A stretch of 64,000 nucleotides of DNA from Amphiscolops sp. MND2022. Lineage: Eukaryota. The translations under genes were made by a program, and so were the position numbers. Location of the stretch: contig OZ076409.1 in assembly GCA_964187785.1 (NCBI GenBank), forward strand, positions 92,196,001-92,260,000. Direction: 5' to 3'. Shown piece by piece: positions 62,401-64,000 of the stretch (position 1 is the first letter of the stretch; every line of letters starts with the position of its first letter). The notes under the pieces were generated by a model that was not told the DNA's origin, ran no database searches, and saw nothing but the letters and a program-made list of their open reading frames with translations.

Positions 62401-63575
62401 TTCCACCTCGCTGCTATTGTTAAGTGTAACCATTAGCGTTCGGTGATGTTCAGTCAACGGTCAACGGTCATCAACGTCTTTTTCTTGCGAACTGTCCGTC
62501 TTTTTGCCGAGACGAGTTGTCTTCTCAACAACATCATAGCTAAGCTCCAACTCTCCTAGGAAACTTCGAACAAGTTTTTTGTCTCCTTCTTTGCGGTCTT
62601 CCTCACTTCCAGTGGATTGCTCTGCTGCTCTGTGTATGATGAAGTTTTTCTTTCGTCTCTCCTCGTCTTTCTTCGCCCTTACTTGCTCTGCGTTTGCCTC
62701 CAGGATTATGTCTTTCAATGGTTTGACAGGTATGTCTTCAGTTTTAGCCCGTTCGTTCGCTTTCTGCGTTCGATTTGGACCGTTTACAAAGCAGTGGAAA
62801 TTTTTCATCAGGGTTTTGACGCAGTTGATGGTTGTATCAAGATCATTCCGTATCTGGTCCGTCTCTTCACTCCGCGGTTTATCATTCTTTTCATTTTTAT
62901 TTAAGGTTTTCACTGCTATGCTGCATTTACTGCAGCACCAGAGGGCAGAGGGCTCTTTCATGAATTCGTAAACTTGTTGAGGCATGTAACTTGATCATCA
63001 GGGTCTGTGAATGCTTTGTTGCAACCAATACAGGTCCAATTTTCACATTCAAGACTAGTACTTGCTTCCTTTTGTTTACTTTTTTTGTTTTTAACCTTGA
63101 CCATTTTAGTTAGAGGCCGCTCCAAGATAATTAAACCTCAAAAAGCTACCTCAGAAAAAATGGAAAGGATAATTGAGTGACACTAACCTTTACTTGTTTC
63201 TTCGTTGACTTCCAGGGCGTTTTTTGGAGGGCCGTTTGCGTGTTTGAGATCTTTTTTTTCAAAGTCAGTCTTCGCAAATTTTTTTGATGATCAATTACGA
63301 TTTTCAACAAGCTGCACTCTATTTCAACCTCAGGGTAGTTTTCTAGCAACTGGTGTTTGTACCTGTTACTGTTCTGCTTCCTTTTAGAGAGAAGATGGGT
63401 GCGGATGTTAATTGTTAGGATACCGGTTGATTTCCAAATAACTTCGAACAGTTCCTTTGTCCCAAACTTTCTTGTGTATACAATCGCTTTGACCCTATGC
63501 TTGATGGTTATCAGGGCTTGGATCAATTCGTCAATTGTCAAAGGTTTATTGTTGTTGGAGTGATGTGGATTATAT
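59445..63575 (-). mobile_element. decayed CR1-like LINE, copy 2, with PHD-type ORF1 and ORF0 remnant
   Basis: near-identical to copy 1; ORF1 from ATG ~63104 (CIGC...WCCSKC, RKKNFII, LRISPDRS). Confidence 0.85.
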
Positions 63576-63634
63576 CTCAGATGTCGCGACAAAACCTGCC
63601 CCGGGCGCGCTAATTTAATTAACGATTCAATCAT
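63146..63634 (-). CDS. ORF0-family remnant upstream of LINE ORF1
   Basis: PHHSNNNKP...IVY...G...FE...LSK..Q.S...IE...NLR aligns with Gypsy ORF0 from ~63574 downward. Confidence 0.6.
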   Translation of the reverse strand: MIESLIKLARPGQVLSRHLRYNPHHSNNNKPLTIDELIQALITIKHRVKAIVYTRKFGTKELFEVIWKSTGILTINIRTHLLSKRKQNSNRYKHQLLENYPEVEIECSLLKIVIDHQKNLRRLTLKKKISNTQTALQKTPWKSTKKQVKVSVTQLSFPFFLR

Positions 63635-64000
63635 TCGAAAACCAGATCACAATCATTCTCATTCACACAGATATTACCAATTTACAACTCAAAAGCGAAC
63701 TTAAAAACCAAGCAGAAAAGGAAGTTGTTCCCCTTAGAGACATGACACACGACCATACACGACAACACGACCATACATTAGCTTTCCACGGTAAGTCGAA
63801 TTTTCAACAAAAAATCGATCACTGATTTTCGAGAAACTTTCTGAAAATTCATTTTTTGTAATGTTCTGGAGGTTAAACAAGCAATCTACCAGAGACGTTG
63901 GAAAGCTCAACCAAATCTCCCATGTGATCCACCCTCAGTCGGAACAAAAATTTTGGAGAATGAACAGTTCAACAATTTTGAAGACCGCAAATTCCACCGC

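Overview
AT-rich, intron-rich metazoan (invertebrate-like) genomic DNA dominated by nested transposable elements. Host genes: (i) a + strand multi-exon gene (20952-31647) encoding an ShKT-like domain, a short coiled coil and three non-canonical F-type (fucolectin) domains; (ii) two tandem - strand cation-dependent mannose-6-phosphate-receptor-like genes (32802-35263 and 38753-45184). Mobile elements: a hAT relic (2412-9905, 8-bp TSD) split by two head-to-tail tyrosine-recombinase (Crypton-like) elements, each bracketed by (AAT)n tracts; a BEL/Pao relic; an LTR-like minisatellite element; a nearly complete Gypsy element; decayed LINEs (one CR1-like block locally duplicated); many MITEs and Helentron-associated (HINE-like) repeats. 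Top candidates for novelty: the (AAT)n-targeting zinc-finger tyrosine-recombinase element pair, and an accessory ORF0 family found upstream of both a Gypsy gag and a CR1-like LINE ORF1. All assignments come from reading the sequence and recalling motifs; no searches were run.
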